From contig CM059432.1 of the NCBI GenBank assembly GCA_030390025.1, positions 95,296,001-95,360,000 on the forward strand: a stretch of 64,000 nt of DNA, given 5' to 3'. Shown in pieces: positions 1 through 13,580 of the stretch. The notes beneath the pieces are model-generated. The model was not told where the DNA came from, did no database searches, and saw only the letters and a list, made by a program, of their open reading frames with translations. Source of the stretch: Squalus acanthias. Its lineage: Eukaryota. Each line of letters opens with the position of its first letter. The stretch's first letter is position 1. The position numbers and the translations under genes are program-made.

Positions 1-91
1 TGACTCATCGCAATCACAAGTAACTACCAACTTCCCTTAAACTGGAACTGTCCTCTTCTTTCAGGAAAGAAAGTGTTTCTGTTGATATAGT

Positions 92-300
92 GGCCAGAAT
101 TTTCCTTACCTTAGCGGGTCCCGACCCCGCTGCTGGCTCCATCCCACTGTATAGAATGAACTTACCTTAAATGGGGCCTATTAAGCCCACCCAGCGTGTT
201 ACCTGGCCCAATTGGATGGAGCGGGTCTGGTGACATCATTCATGACGCGTTTTAAGCCGGGAGCCTTAAAGGGACCATGGCCACATTAAATTTTAAGTTC
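92..300. mobile_element. Truncated Harbinger-type MITE fragment
   Basis: Starts GGCCAGAATTTT, like the TIRs of other MITEs in the window, with a GC-rich body. No partner TIR found. Confidence 0.45.
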
Positions 301-453
301 AATCTAACATAGTGAGTGTTGAATCTTTACTGTACAATCAAATAATAAAAGTTATATATGAGTGACAAAGAAATATTTAAGTAAAATCATTAAGTAATAT
401 GACTCCATCTACAAATACGATCAGGAACATAATTAAAAATGTACATTAATCTG

Positions 454-1179
454 GGTGGCGCTAACGGGGCGCAAAGGACTTATCGCCCGGACGGGGCGCT
501 AATAGCGCTTGCCGAGAAATTTGGCGGGGCGCTACTGAGGCGCTAGCCGAGCGTCATCGGCGAGCGACGCGACCCGTAGTGCCCTGCCATGGCCCCTTAG
601 CGCCCCGCAGCTGAAATTTGGCTGTGTCCTGCGAGGCTGCCACGAGCAATGTCAGCAACAGCCTCACGGGTCGCGAGCCAGGCTGCACACTGCTGGCGGG
701 GCGCTAATTAAAGGGGCGGTCTGGCTGCGCGCCACCAGCCGACATTTTTTATTTTGGCCGACCTCCAGGTCGGCCCCACTTGATGGCCATTGGCGTGGTC
801 CGTGGCCGTCATCGCGCCATCCAGCACCACGTCTCGGTGCCGGGCTGCAGCCACGGCACCACGCGGATCTGGTGGGATAGTGGAGGCTGTCAAACGACCT
901 GCAGAGCTAGCAGTGGCCCTCCTCTTCAATGGAAGGGGAGGGGCGCTGAAATGCGTCAGCGCTACGTGGAGCGTCCCGCGTTGTGCTCTGGCGCTACCGC
1001 GCTTTGTGCCCCACGCACTGCCCCGAGAAGAAGTGGAGCGCCCGAGATAGTGCTCTGCTTCCTCGCTGGGGCGGTAAGCCCAGTTTAGCAGCTGGGGCTG
1101 TACTCCCGCCCCGGGTGCTAAATGTGAGCCGCTAATTCAGTTACCGCCCGCAAATGGGGCGTAAACAAATTTAACCCCC
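454..1179. mobile_element. Non-autonomous Harbinger-type element (GCGCTA-motif family), one end truncated
   Basis: CpG-rich island in AT-rich DNA. Many GGGCGCTA/TAGCGC motifs, as at the ends of the 44192-48258 element. Ends AAATTTAACCCCC (TIR-like). Confidence 0.65.
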
Positions 1180-1809
1180 ATAGACTTTCGTATCAGTAAC
1201 TGGCACAAATAAAAGATGTGTGTGTATAGGTAATACATAAAATTAAGCAGATTTTAAATGTAATTGTAATGGGGTGGATTTACAATCTTATGCAAGTTCA
1301 GCAGAACAGCTGCGGAATCCCTGACAAACAGTGTAAGTGGTGCTTACAATGTGTTTCTGGGATTTCTGCAGCTCTTCCATTGAAGTTAACAATGGACAAA
1401 TGAGAGAACCTCTGCAGAAATTCACCCTAAAGTCTTAGACTGAAAAATTAAATTGGTTATATTCAGGGACTGAAAGCAAATTGAACCAGTGGAATGAGTG
1501 ATGAGAATGAAATTGTTATAGTTGATGACTTGATTTAATGTGTAACTGGACAATCACAATATACTCTGAGAAAAACCTGACCAAAAACAACACAAACATT
1601 TATTCAAATGGTATATGTCTTTTTTTATATAGTGCAGATCAATTCACTGCAATTACTGTTCAGTTGGAAGGCAACAGCCGAGAATGGCCAGTGAAAAATT
1701 AACATTTACTTTCAAGTAGTACAGAATCTCCATCAATCTGTTAGCTGATATAATCAACATGTTTTTATTTTGGTTTGTTTTCCAAGCTGTCAAGTAATCA
1801 GCTGAAGCA

Positions 1810-2118
1810 ATGGCCACTGAACTCCCGCCTCAGGTTGACAGACATGGTTCCTGAGCTGCGTGAATCCCGTGGCCATGCAGGAAAATTTAAAAAGTAGGGG
1901 GAAAAAAGCTCTTAAGTGCCTGTAAAGTACTTCATAATGATTTCAATTGGGTCCCCTGCCACTGCAGGTCGGGTCAGCTTCATGCTGACAGATGCGCCTG
2001 GGGGAAAGCCGCGTGGGAGTGAGACGACAGTGGGTTCCTGACCCGCTGTCAAAAAAAACAACTTTCCCACCTGACCCACCACCAATCGCGCCTGCTACCA
2101 CCACGGAAAATTCAGCCC
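1810..2118. mobile_element. Harbinger-type MITE end fragment
   Basis: Ends GAAAATTCAGCCC, the reverse complement of a GGGCTGAATTTT-type TIR. Confidence 0.5.
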
Positions 2119-2347
2119 AGTGTCTTTCATGTCCTCAGAATACCTCAAAGTACTTCATAGCTAATCAATTACTTTTGACGTGTAGTTACTGTCATTTTGT
2201 AGGCAAATTATGCACATATAGGTCCCACAAACAACAAATGAGATAAATGACCAATTAAACAGTTTTGGGGAGGGATAACTGTTGTCTGGGAGACGAAGAG
2301 AACTACTCTGCTCTGCTCTTGAAATAGTGCCATGGGATCTTTAAAAA

Positions 2348-2820
2348 AAAGAAAGACTTACATTTATATAGCGCCTTTCACGACCACTGGACATCCCAAA
2401 GCGCTTTACAGCCAATGAAGTACTTTTGAAGTGTAGTCACTGTTGTAATGTAGGAAACGTGGCAGCCAATTTGTGCACAGCAAGCTCCCACAAACAGCAA
2501 TGTGATAATGACCAGATAATCTGTTTTTTTTAGTGATGTTGATTGAGGGATAAATATTGGCCAGGACACCGGGGCAAACTCCCCTGCTCTTCTTCAAAAT
2601 AGTGCCATAGGATCTTTTACATCCACCTGAGAGAGCAGACAGGGCTTCGGTTTAACACCTCATCCAAAAGACAGCACCTCTGACAGTGCAGCACTCCCTC
2701 AGTACTGCATTGGAATGTCAGCCTAGAATTTTTGTGCCCAAGTCTCTGGAGTGAGACTTGAACCCACAACCTTCTGACTCAGGGGCGAGGGTGCTACCAC
2801 TGAGACCATGGCTGACACAC
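2348..2820 (-). mobile_element. tRNA-derived Deu-domain SINE (SacSINE1-like), full length; older fragments flank it at about 2135-2345 and 2825-3020
   Basis: Reverse complement of 5124-5580: tRNA-like head, Deu-type core, tail AAAGGCGCTATATAAATG. Confidence 0.85.
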
Positions 2821-4396
2821 AACCAGACAGCCACCTGAACAGGCTGACAGGGTCCTGGTTTAACATTACATCTAAAAGATAGCACCTCTTACAAAGCAGC
2901 ACTCCCTTAGTGATGCAGTGGAGTGTCAATCCAGATTATATGCTCAAATGCTGGAGTACGCCTTAAACCCACAACCTTTCTAACTTGGAGGTGTGAGTGC
3001 TACCACTGAGGCAAGCAGACACTTGCCAAGGTCCTTTTAAAGGACTATATCAAATTCATACTCACCAAATGTCTCAGTAGTTTGTTGCAGAGGTCGATGA
3101 CTCTCCGTGGAAAGAAATACCTCCTGGCATCTAACCTAATTCTTTGCTTATGGATTGTATAGGGATGATCCCTAGTCCTACCATCCTTATTCATTTCAAA
3201 TACCCTACCTAAATGGACTGTATCTAATCCCTTCATCATTTTAAAAACTTTGAATCATATTCCCTCTAAACCGGTTTCTCCAAAGTAAATAACTCTAACT
3301 CATGAAGCCTACTTTCATAACCAAGAGCTCCAAGATTTGGCGTAATTCTGGTCTTCATCCGCTGCACCTTCTCTAAGAGCCTCAATATCCTTCACCATAT
3401 GTGGAGACCAAAACAGGAGATAAAAGTCCAAATACAGATATACTGGCTAAAACCCTATGTGATTTACCTATAGTCACCTCACACTGCTTATGCACCTTTA
3501 ATGAATAACTGACTACTACCCTGTTTATTACTACTGTACTACTGTTTGGAGTTTTCTTATCCCAAGTGCATGATGCTGCACTCCACATTAAATGCCATGT
3601 GGCATGATGGCGCATTTGCCTAACTTATCTAAATTAGCCTTTAACAAATTGAATTGGTCTGAATTACTGGCCCTTGCATATATTTTTGTATCATCCATGA
3701 ATTTAAGAATAGTGCTAGTTAAGTCCTCCTCTAGATCATTAATGAAAATGATGGAAAGCAATGGCCCCATTACAGTCCCTGTGGAACTCTGCTTGTACCT
3801 GTGCCCTAATCAGATTCACTCCCATTAATAATAATCCTCTGGTTACGTGATTTTAACCAGCTACTTACCCAACATAATCACTGTCTTATAACCCTTTGAA
3901 ATCTAATTTTTCCGAATAACCTATAAGATATATAATGTCAATAGGACTATCTTCATCCACCATTCTCGTTACTTCCCCAAAGAATTCAATCAAGGTAGTA
4001 AGGCTGTGTTTACGAAAGCCATATTTCATATCCCCAATAGCCAATGAATTCTCCAAGTAATCATATAATACATCTGTATAATGCTTTCCAACAGGTTCCT
4101 ACAACTGAAGTCAAACTCATGGGCCTATAATTTCCAATGTGAAATTTCTTCCCTTTCTTAAATTATGGGACCACACAGGCCACTCTCCAATTAATGAGTA
4201 GATGAACCAATAACTCACATATGACCTTCCCATTTTCTCTGAGTACTCTGGAAAAAGCATTGCTCCTGTAGCATTAATCTTAACTAAAATGTTGCTGTGG
4301 TTACTTCGAATGAAGCAACTTTAGCTACTTATTTATTTGATATACAGAGACCATGGCATTGTCTTCAAAACTGAAAACTGATGCACAGAAAAAAAA

Positions 4397-4503
4397 AGAA
4401 AGACTTGCATTTATATAGTACCTTTCATGACCACAGGACGTCGCAAAGCGCTTTACAGCCAATGAAGTACTTTTTGAAGTGTAGTCACTGTTGTAATGTA
4501 GGA
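4397..4503 (-). mobile_element. 3' tail fragment of Deu-domain SINE
   Basis: Matches 2348-2455. Confidence 0.8.
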
Positions 4504-5123
4504 ATAGTTTATCTCATCAATCATATCTTTGATCCACCCTGACAAACAGCTCAAAGGACCATCGTGGTCCTTGATTGGTCTCTGAATTCTAACAACTGAA
4601 ATAAGCTTTGCCATCACTATTGCAATTATCCACTATCCTTTTTTCTAATGCCATCTTAGCACTCCTAATACTGGCTTTGTCCTAACCTGTTTTTTTATGC
4701 ATTCCCTACTTTCTTGATAGTTGAACTGTTTTTATATATAGTGAAATCCTTTTTAGATGAATTTCTCTACAAACATCCCAACTTAGTCATTTAGGCTTCA
4801 CCTTACCCTGAACCCTCTTTTTTTTTCCTCTAGGGATATACAAAGTTTCCTTGCCCAGCATTGATTTAAGAATAATCCATGTTTCTTTTGTATAACAGTT
4901 ATAATTAACTCGGTGTAATTTTCCCAAGTCTTTCCTGATAGGTAGAAATTTAGCCCGCCTGAAATTAGGTACCATTAAGTTATCAGGAGTTTTAAGCTGT
5001 CTCTGCAACTGAAATCTAATAATACAATGATCACTATTGCCAAGATACTGTTCCACAGAGAGATCATATATAATCTCTGGATCACTACTAAGTACTAAAT
5101 CTAATATTTCTTTCCTTTATGTT

Positions 5124-5580
5124 GTGTCAGCTGTGGTTCAGTGGGTAGCACTCTCCTCTGAGTCAGAAGGTTGTGGGTTCAAGTCCCACTCCAGGGACTC
5201 GAGCACAAAAATCTAGGCTGACACTCCAGTGCAGTGCTAAGGGAATGCTGCACTGTTGGAGGTGCTGTCTTTTAGATGAGACGTTAAACCGATTCCCTGT
5301 CTGCTCTCTCAGGTGGATGTAAAAGATCCCATGGCACTTTTTTGAAGAAGAGCAGGGGAGTTATCCCTGGTGTTCTGGCCAATATTTATCCCTCAATCAA
5401 CATCATCTGGTCATTATCACATTGCTGTTTGTGGGAGCTTGCTGTGTGCAAATTGGCTGCCGTGTTTCCCACATTACAACAGTGACTACACTCCAAAAAT
5501 ACTTCATTGGCTGTAAAGCGCTTTGAGACATCCGGTGGTCGTGAAAGGCGCTATATAAATGCAAGTCTTTCATTCTTTCT
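5124..5580 (+). mobile_element. tRNA-derived Deu-domain SINE (SacSINE1-like), full length
   Basis: A-box-like TGGTTCAGTGG, B-box GGTTCAAGTCC, core GGAGGTGCTGTCTTTTAGATGAGACGTTAAACCG, L2-like tail ending in (TCTT)n. Confidence 0.88.
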
Positions 5581-6852
5581 CCCTAATATGTGGAATAAGG
5601 AATTAATCAATAACAGTATTAATAAAAAAGTCTTGTTTCTCTCTGCATTTGATTGCCTCATATTGGTCCCCTTAATGAACATATGAAAACGTCAGTCAGT
5701 AAAAGACTAGTTGGTGCATCTACCTTGTCACATACAGTTGTGATGTCTTATGCATCATGTCAAGAGGCTCCTTACCCTGCCATGTAGTTTCCTGGGAGAG
5801 ACGAAAAACCTGATCAAAAACGCAAGGCCAAATAGGGAAAAAAAATCCGGATAATTCCTCTCCAATCCCTATCGGCAATCAAAATTAGTCCAGGAGACCG
5901 AATTGATCCTGACTTATATTATTTGGCACCTACCTCTTGCATGATGCAACTCCACCCCAGCCAGGAACCAGTCCAGCTCCCCCTTGAAGGTATACAATGA
6001 ATCAGTACTCACTACACAAGCCAGCAATTTGTTCCACAAGTCTGCTAGTCTCTGGGAAAAGAATAACCGCCTAACATCTAACCTATTTCTTCCCTTGCGT
6101 AAATGACCCCTAGTTCTCCCCAACCTTTTAATAGAAGGATAGTTCAAATACCCCATGATAACCAATGGTACATTGTTCTCCTGATATTTTAATATGTTCA
6201 CTAAATTCAATTTCCTGCTCTACTAATTGCCCCAGAGGTCTATAACAGGTGTTATGTATAAACCTTGCACCAACCAATCAAATTATCTGGATGCTCTCAA
6301 ACCATTTCAATTACCTCTGTCATCCCAATATCCCTCCTCTCACTCTCAGTTATATTGGGCTAAAATTTTGGGGGCTTTACGCCATCCGTTACCGGTAAAA
6401 AAATGGTGAATAGAGGGCAGCCACCGCTCTTTCGCCAGCTGGTGGCAGGTCCCATGGCATTCTCCATTTTCCCAGGCCCTGGCAGCACTGCCGTTAAGAA
6501 GTATCACCCTTCAGATTTAAATGAGGGAGCTGTGCCGTCAGTCGGCGTGCAACAGCAACTTAACGTCACCACGGCGAACTTGGACCTTTGCGCTGAGTTC
6601 AGTGCTGGGTCCTAAGCACGCCAGGTAAACCCAGCTTGCAAGCAGACAGACAGAGGCACTGTCAGCACCTCTTAAAGGGACACACAAATCTTTCAGGTAA
6701 GTTTGCATTTTAAGCTTTTGAGCTGGGTTTTTTTGATTTTACTGAAGTAGTGGCTTGCTGCAATAGATGTTAATTATTTTTTCAGTGTGAAGGGAGTGCT
6801 GCTGGATGCTTGCAAGGCCTCGGATGGTAAAGGAAGGCCTCTGAGAAGTTAG

Positions 6853-6960
6853 AAAATGCTGCAAATACTCAGCAGGTCAGGCAACATCCGTGGAGAGAGA
6901 AACAGAGTTCACGTCTCAGGTCAAGATGCTGCCTGACCTGCTGAGTATTTCCAGCATTTT
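6853..6960. repeat. 36-bp inverted repeat (hairpin), probable Penelope-like element terminus
   Basis: 6853-6888 and 6925-6960 are reverse complements with 2 mismatches. The family assignment is from recall only. Confidence 0.6.
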
Positions 6961-7504
6961 ATGCTGTCATTTCAGATTTAAAGCATCCGCTCGCAGAGGA
7001 AAGAGGAAGACATAGAAGAGGAGGAAGCCAAAGAGGAGGAAGCCAAAGAGGAGGAAGCAGAAGGAATGATGCAACCCAGACAGCCCCTTTCTGGCCGGGA
7101 TATCCGGGATGGATTCATCCACCTGCGGTCCCAATGACCACAACCCCAATTCCCCTTTCAACATTAGTCCCACACCTTACCGTCCCTCTGTTAGTGACCA
7201 TCACAGCATCCTCTTGACCACGATGCTGAAATAAAAGCCACCACAAAGCAAACTTTCCAATCCAATTTATACATCTATCCATCCAATGTGACATCAAAAA
7301 ATCAACTCATCACCCTTATGCATTCTCTTAGTGACTGTCTTGCATGTGCATTTGCCTATCCTACTGATGTCACACAGTGCTACCCCAGTGGCTACAGCAT
7401 AGCTGGTGGAAGGCTGCTGACTTTCAGTGGGGGACACTGCAACTGGCTTTGCTGGTCGACCTTGAGGAGCTGGTGGCTGGGAGTGTCAAACCAAGTGACG
7501 ATGT

Positions 7505-7551
7505 TTCTTCTTCTTCTTCTTCTTCTTCTTCTTCTTCTTCTTCTTCTTCTT
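7505..7551. repeat. (CTT)n microsatellite
   Basis: About 15 CTT units. Confidence 0.97.
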
Positions 7552-9504
7552 TTTCTCTGTCTCCTTTCCCTCTTCTTGGCCAACCACTGGTTGAGCAGGC
7601 TGCATCTTTTGGATGTGTGAAATGAGGCAGGCACAAGGGTGGAGTTGTGGTGAGGGGAGGGCGGGAAAGCAAGAGGTGTGTGCCAGAAGGGGGATAACTT
7701 ATGAGGATACCAGCATCTTGTATTCTTTCTGCCCCACTGCTGGCCAAGGGCTCACCCATGTCCCTGCCAAAAATGGCCTGCACTGTCTCCCCCAAGGAGG
7801 TGAAGTGAGGCTAGGAATGGGAGCTGTGCCTCGTGATTGGTGCAGATTGTTGGTAGGTGAGTGATGGGGGGGATTGGGAAGTTGTGCATTAAGCAGTGTG
7901 TGAGGCTAGTGGTACAGTTGGTAGGAGATGGCTTTTGAAGATGCATTCTCTGACCTTGACCAGTGGTCTGAGGTCATGAAGCTTCTTTGGGCACTGGAGT
8001 CAGGTGGTGTGGTCCCACATCGTTCTTTCTGGAAGGCCTCCTGAGAAGACCTCTGTTGCAGTGTTGACCCCCTGCACAAAGTTTGAGTGCTGCGTGTGAG
8101 CCCCTGGGTGCCCCTTCCCTGGCTTGCTGAGCCATTTGTGTTGGTGCTGAAGCACTTTTCCCATTTTTTGAAGTTCGGAAGGGAATTCAGCTTTAAGTGC
8201 TGAAGTCTCCCATTTGGGACTTTTTATTGTTAATTTTTTTTAAAAGGCAGTAAGGGCTGAAAACTGCATTGTTTCACTTCATTTTAATTTTGATTATTTC
8301 TGAACACATTGCCCTTTTAAATCATAGCCCTTTTAACTACCCACAATTCCCTGTGCACTCCATAGCCTCGCTCCCAGAGGCTGTTAGAAGCTGGAGCGTC
8401 ACTTCAGGACAGGAACTTCGACTTCCATGCCTGCACTAACGCCACCAGGAGGGCGTTACACAGTAAGTTAGCGCTGGGCTAAAAATCTTTAGCCCCCAGT
8501 GCAAATTTTTCTCCGGTAACACTTCGTCCATTTTCAGCGCCCGTTAACCCGAGTTGCCGGTGACACCAGCAACTCTCGTTGCGGCCACAAAATTTCCCCC
8601 ATTATCTTTTACAAATGAATTTTATGGTCCAATCTATTTTTTGGAATTCCATGTAACTTTTCAGTTTCACTTCAGACTCCAGCACTATTATCTAACCAGA
8701 TTTCAGACATGCCAAGTAAATTTAAATTCTTCATGAAGCATACGCCTATAATTCCAGCATGTTGTTTCTAATACTTCTAATATTAGCATAAAAACATTTC
8801 AAGAAATTCCATTCATGTTTCATTTGGTTCACTCTGTCTAAATTACCTTGATCCCTGTAATTGAAATTCATTAAATTCTTACTACGACTGTCAGCTGCCC
8901 TGTCTTCCCCAGTCCAAGTGCAACTACACACACTGAGTTATCGTATCCTTGGTCCCAACTAAGTTAAATACTTCCCAATGGCACTTTCCACATTCTGAGC
9001 TAGTCCCTCAACCTATTCAAATGAACCCCATCCTTCCTAAAAATTTTACTGACCTCAGAAAATGCCCTCCACAAACACAAGCTGTTCTTTTTTACTCCTA
9101 TGTTTTGAACCAATCATTAAAACCAAAACCTCAACAACCAGCAACAATCCACAGATCACTAACTTTTCTCCTTTATCCTTAAATTTGCTTACCATTCACT
9201 GGTAATTGCCCTTTAAGAGAATAAACTTTCTACTTGATATATAATTTATACCAATGTATAAAGCAACTACAGTTCCCTTACCTTCTCCCTTCGACAAACT
9301 AGCCTTCTTTGTGCTTAACCCTCACCTCTGGAAAACGCATAACTGCCCTACTGAATGACTTCCCTCTGCACATCATACTATCAACATGTCTCACACATTT
9401 GAAACATTTGAAAGCGATGCCTTTTTTCAAACCCCTCCCTCTCAAATGGAACTTTAAAGGTATACATACCACAGTCACTGCACTTTTTGGTAGGCCTCAG
9501 AATT

Positions 9505-11246
9505 ACGGGGAAATGGCAGAGACTCTGAACAAATATTTTGTATCTGTCTTCACGGTAGAAGACACTAACAACATCCCAATAATGGATAATCAAGGGCCAC
9601 AGGGAGGGGGGAACTAAATACAATCACTATCACTAAGGAAAAGTACTTGGTAAAATAATGGGACTAAAAGACGACAAGTCTCCTGGACCAGATGGCCTGC
9701 ATCCCAGGGTCTTAAAAGAAGTGGCTGCAGAGATAGTGGTTGCAATATACCAAAATTCCCTGGACTCTGGAGAGGTCCCAGCGGATTGGAAAACCGCAAA
9801 TGTAACACCCCTATTTAAGAAAGGAGGGAGACAGAAAGCAGGAAACTATAGACCAGTTAGCCTAACATCTGTCATTGGGAAAATGCTGGAGTCCTTCATT
9901 AAGGAAGCGGTAGCAGGGCATTTGGAAAATCATAATGCAGTCAAGCAGAGTCAGCATAGTTTTATGAAAGGGAAATCATGTTTAACAAATTTGCTGGAGT
10001 TCTTTGAGGATGTAACGAGCAGGGTGGATAAAGGTGAGCCAGTGGATGTGGTGTATTTGGATTTTCAGAAGGCATTCGATAAGGTGCCACATAAAAGGTT
10101 ACTGCATAAGATAAGAGCTCACGGATTTGGGGGTAATATATTAGCATGGATAGAGGATTGGCTAACTAACAGAAAGCAGAGAGTCGGGATAAATGGGTAA
10201 TTTTCCGGTTGGCAAACGGTAACTAGTGGGGTGCCACAGGGATCGGTGTTGGGGCCTCAACTATTTACCATCTACATTAATAACTTGGATGAAGGGACCG
10301 AGTGTAATGTAGCCAAGTTTGCGGATGATACAAAGATGGGTGGGAAAGCAAGTTGTGCAGAGGACTCAAAGAATCTGCAAAGGGATATAGACAGGCTAAG
10401 TGAGTGGGCAAACATTTGGCAGATGGAGTATAATGTGGGAAAGTGTGAGGTTATCCACTTTGGCAGGAAGAATAAAAAAGCAAATTATTATTTAAATGGA
10501 GAGAGATTACAAAATGCTACAGTTCAGAGGGACCTGGGGGTACTTGTGCATGAAACACAAAAAGTTAGCATGCAGGTACAGCAAGTAATCAAAAAGGCAA
10601 ATGGAATGTTGGCCTTTATTTCAAAGGGGTTGGAGTATAAAAGCAGGGAAGTCCTGCTACAACTGTACAAGGTATTGGTGAGACCACACCTTGAGTACTG
10701 CGTACAGTTTTGGTCTCCTTATTTAAGGAAGGATATACTTGCATTGGAGGCAGTTCAGAGACGATTCACTAGGTTAATTCCAGAGATGAGGGGGTTGACT
10801 TATGAAGAAAGGTTGAGCAGGTTGGGCCTATACTCATTGGAATTTTGAAGAATGAGAGGTGATCTTATTGAAACATATAAGATACTGAGGGGGCTCGACA
10901 AGGTAGATGCAGAGAGGATGTTTCCCCTCGTGGGGAAATCTAGAACTCGGGGGCATAGTTTCAGAATAAAGGGTCGCCCTTTTAGAACTGAGATGAGGAG
11001 GAATTTCTTCTCTCAGAGGGTCGTAAATCTGTGGAATTCTCTGCCCCAGAGAACCGTGGAGGCTGGGTCATTAAATACATTTAAGGTGGAGATAGACAGA
11101 TTTTTGCAAGATAAGGGAGTGAAGGGTTATGGGGAGCGGGCAGGGACGTGGCTTTGAGCCCAAGATCAACCATGATCTTATTGAATGGCGGAGCAGGCTC
11201 GAGGGGCCAAGTGGCCTATTCCTGCTCCTATTTCTTATGTTCTTAC
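9505..11246 (+). mobile_element. Young 5'-truncated CR1 LINE (RT domain, 3' UTR, tail); pseudogene with two in-frame stops
   Basis: [46 protein letters not shown]. Stops at 10198-10200 and 10846-10848. Tail TTTCTTATGTTCTTA. Confidence 0.95.
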
Positions 11247-12744
11247 TATAATTGAGGAGTGAGACCAGACCCACCTTCTTTGCATTTGTCAATGCATCAC
11301 TCTGGCGTCAACTTGGTAACACCATTAACCAAAACCTCCCGCTCCCAGTCTCAGACCACCACCCCAACTGATTGTATTTTTGCTTTAAACCAAAATGTTT
11401 ACAAAAAACATTAATCAAAAGTCATCTGTAAACAAACAGTCGACTTTGCTCGCTTAGATGCATAAGACCCCAGATTTTCGGCTTACAAAAATCAATGTGA
11501 AGGAATGACTAATGCACTGGATTTACTCATACATCAACATCTAGGGCCATGTTGCACATGGTTGGAATGACAATCACTCCAGTGAGCAAGTCTTTATGTA
11601 TTGGAACAGTTTTTTATGATTAATTTTCAGTGCTTCATTGTATTGTAAAAAAATATAATAGAGCCACTTTTGAAATTGATTTCTGTATGAAGCTAGTGGG
11701 AAATAGTTTTTAGTTTGTTATGGATATGGTGTAGAAAATGGTGTCACAGAAATGGCTTTGTTAGTGGTGCCGGACTTATAAGTCAATTACAGCTTTCGAA
11801 CAGTAGTCTTATGTTACACCTAATCGCTGAAGGTCTGTCCTACCTGCTAATAGATCGCAAAATCATATGCTGTTAGGTAAACACCATTCACATTCATTAA
11901 CGGCTGAAAAGTGTCAGATTAAGGAGACCCTGTGGCCTCTCTGGCTTTTAGTAATGTAAGCAGAATTTTCCCATGGCTGAGAGACAGGTGTTTGCTTTCT
12001 CTTTTTTTCTCCTGTGTTGGTACCAGGCTGTTGAATAGCACAGAGCCAGATATTTCTGTAAAGCCACACCAAGTTACACCAATGTCAGTTTGACTTCTGC
12101 TATTCAGATACAACAACTAAAGTATGGTTTCTGATTTGTTCATTGAGTACATGTGAACAGTATCATTATTGCAATTCTACAAGGTGAACTCCCTCTCCTT
12201 GCTCCATTAAGGATTTTTGTTGCCTCCAATGCTTAACTTTTAACAATTTTTTTTGTAATGGACCCTATCTATATTTTGTTTTGCATAAACAATAATAACA
12301 TAGGTTGTTTGTAAATATGATTTAAGCATATTCAATTCAAAGACTGACATTACTCTTCAGACAAACTATACAGTATTTCATTATAGTTTCTTGGCTATTA
12401 ATGGCAAAGAACACATGGCAGAGGGCCATAAACATTCTTAAATAAAGTTCAAAGTCTAAGGCATAGAAATTTGATTGTCCAATGTACAATTTTTGGGCGT
12501 GAAACAGGAAGCTAGGGGTCCAATATGGCTGACAATATGACTCAATCTGCAGCCCATAGTCATCCAGGGCGCGCGCCGGAAACATGCTCAGAGGTCACTG
12601 TGATACATAAATAAGGCCCTTTTACGAAATTGGTATTCCCCAGCGCCTGAATTGACATTTCCTTAACTCACCCAGCAAATCATGGCACTAACAGGAAGGA
12701 CCCTGCAGGAGCATTAGTTAAAGGAATCATCAACTCCACTCAGG

Positions 12745-13580
12745 TCATTCCATACCAAGTCCAGCTACCTATCACTCCTGCGCTTACTGACCCCCCAATG
12801 CCTCACATTTAAAATTCTCATCCTTGTGTTTAAATCCCTCAATTGATTTGCAAGTCCCTATCTCTGTTATAGCCTCCAGCCCTACAACGCTATGAGAACT
12901 CTGCGTTCCTCTATCTCTGGCCTCTTGCTTATCCCTCACACCCTTTGCTTTACCATTGGCGGCACCCCTTCTGCCATCTAGGCTCTACAATCTGGAATTC
13001 CCTCCCTAAATCTCTCCCTATCTCATAAGAACATAAGAATTAGGAGCAGGAGTAGGTCATATGCCCCTCAAGCCTGCTCCACCATTCATTAAGATCATGG
13101 AAGATCTTCGACCTCAACTCCACTTTCCCGCCCGATCTCCATATCCCTTGATTCTCCTAGAGTCCAAAAATCTATCTATCTCAGCCTTGAATATACTCAA
13201 AGACTCTTTCACAACCCTTTGGGACAGAGAAGTCCAAAGAATCACAACCCTCTGAGTGAAGAAATTTCTCCTTGTCTCAGTCTTAACTGGCCTACCCCTT
13301 ATCCTGAGACTATGCCCCCTAGTTCAAGACTCTCCAGCCAGGGGAAACAACCTCTTAGCATCTACACTGTCAATCCCCCTCAGATCTGCGCCCCATAGTC
13401 ACCCAACTCCCTCTGCTCCTTTAAGACCCTCTTTAAAACCCATTCTGTTGACCAAGCTTTTAAGTTACCCTCCTAACATCTCCTTCTTTGGCTCAGCATC
13501 CAGTTTTGTCTGATTATGGTTCTGTGAAGTGCCTTGGCACAATTTTCTATATTAAAGCCTCTATATAAATTCAAGTAGTT
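12745..13580 (+). mobile_element. L2 LINE 3' fragment interrupted by a minus-strand CR1 3' end (about 13024-13385)
   Basis: TTTAAAATTCTCATCCTTG..CTGGAATTCCCTCCCTAAA matches other L2 copies. CR1 tail CATAAGAACATAAGAA. Confidence 0.8.

Larger units (their letters stand above)
6357..8600. mobile_element. Internally deleted Harbinger derivative with decayed transposase C-terminal (+) and Myb (-) remnants
   Basis: TIRs GGGCTAAAATTTTG / CAAAATTTCCCCC and ATT duplicated at 6354-6356 and 8601-8603. The CR1 sequence resumes across it. Confidence 0.8.
3045..9460 (-). mobile_element. Old, fragmented near-full-length CR1 LINE interrupted by SINEs, a younger CR1 tail (about 5790-6130) and a Harbinger derivative
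   Basis: Collinear minus-strand peptides: LKCFYANIRSIRN (endonuclease start), LGNSDHCIIRF (endonuclease end), GPLLSIIFINDL..KFMDDTK (RT), RRYFFPRRVIDLCNKL (C-terminus). Confidence 0.85.

Noticed and set aside
454..1179. Host CpG-island promoter or bacterial contamination
   Set aside because: The motif content and terminus match the Harbinger family seen at 44192 and 59132.
7288..7795. ORFs with poly-L, poly-S, poly-R or poly-E runs
   Set aside because: These are translations of the (CTT)n microsatellite.
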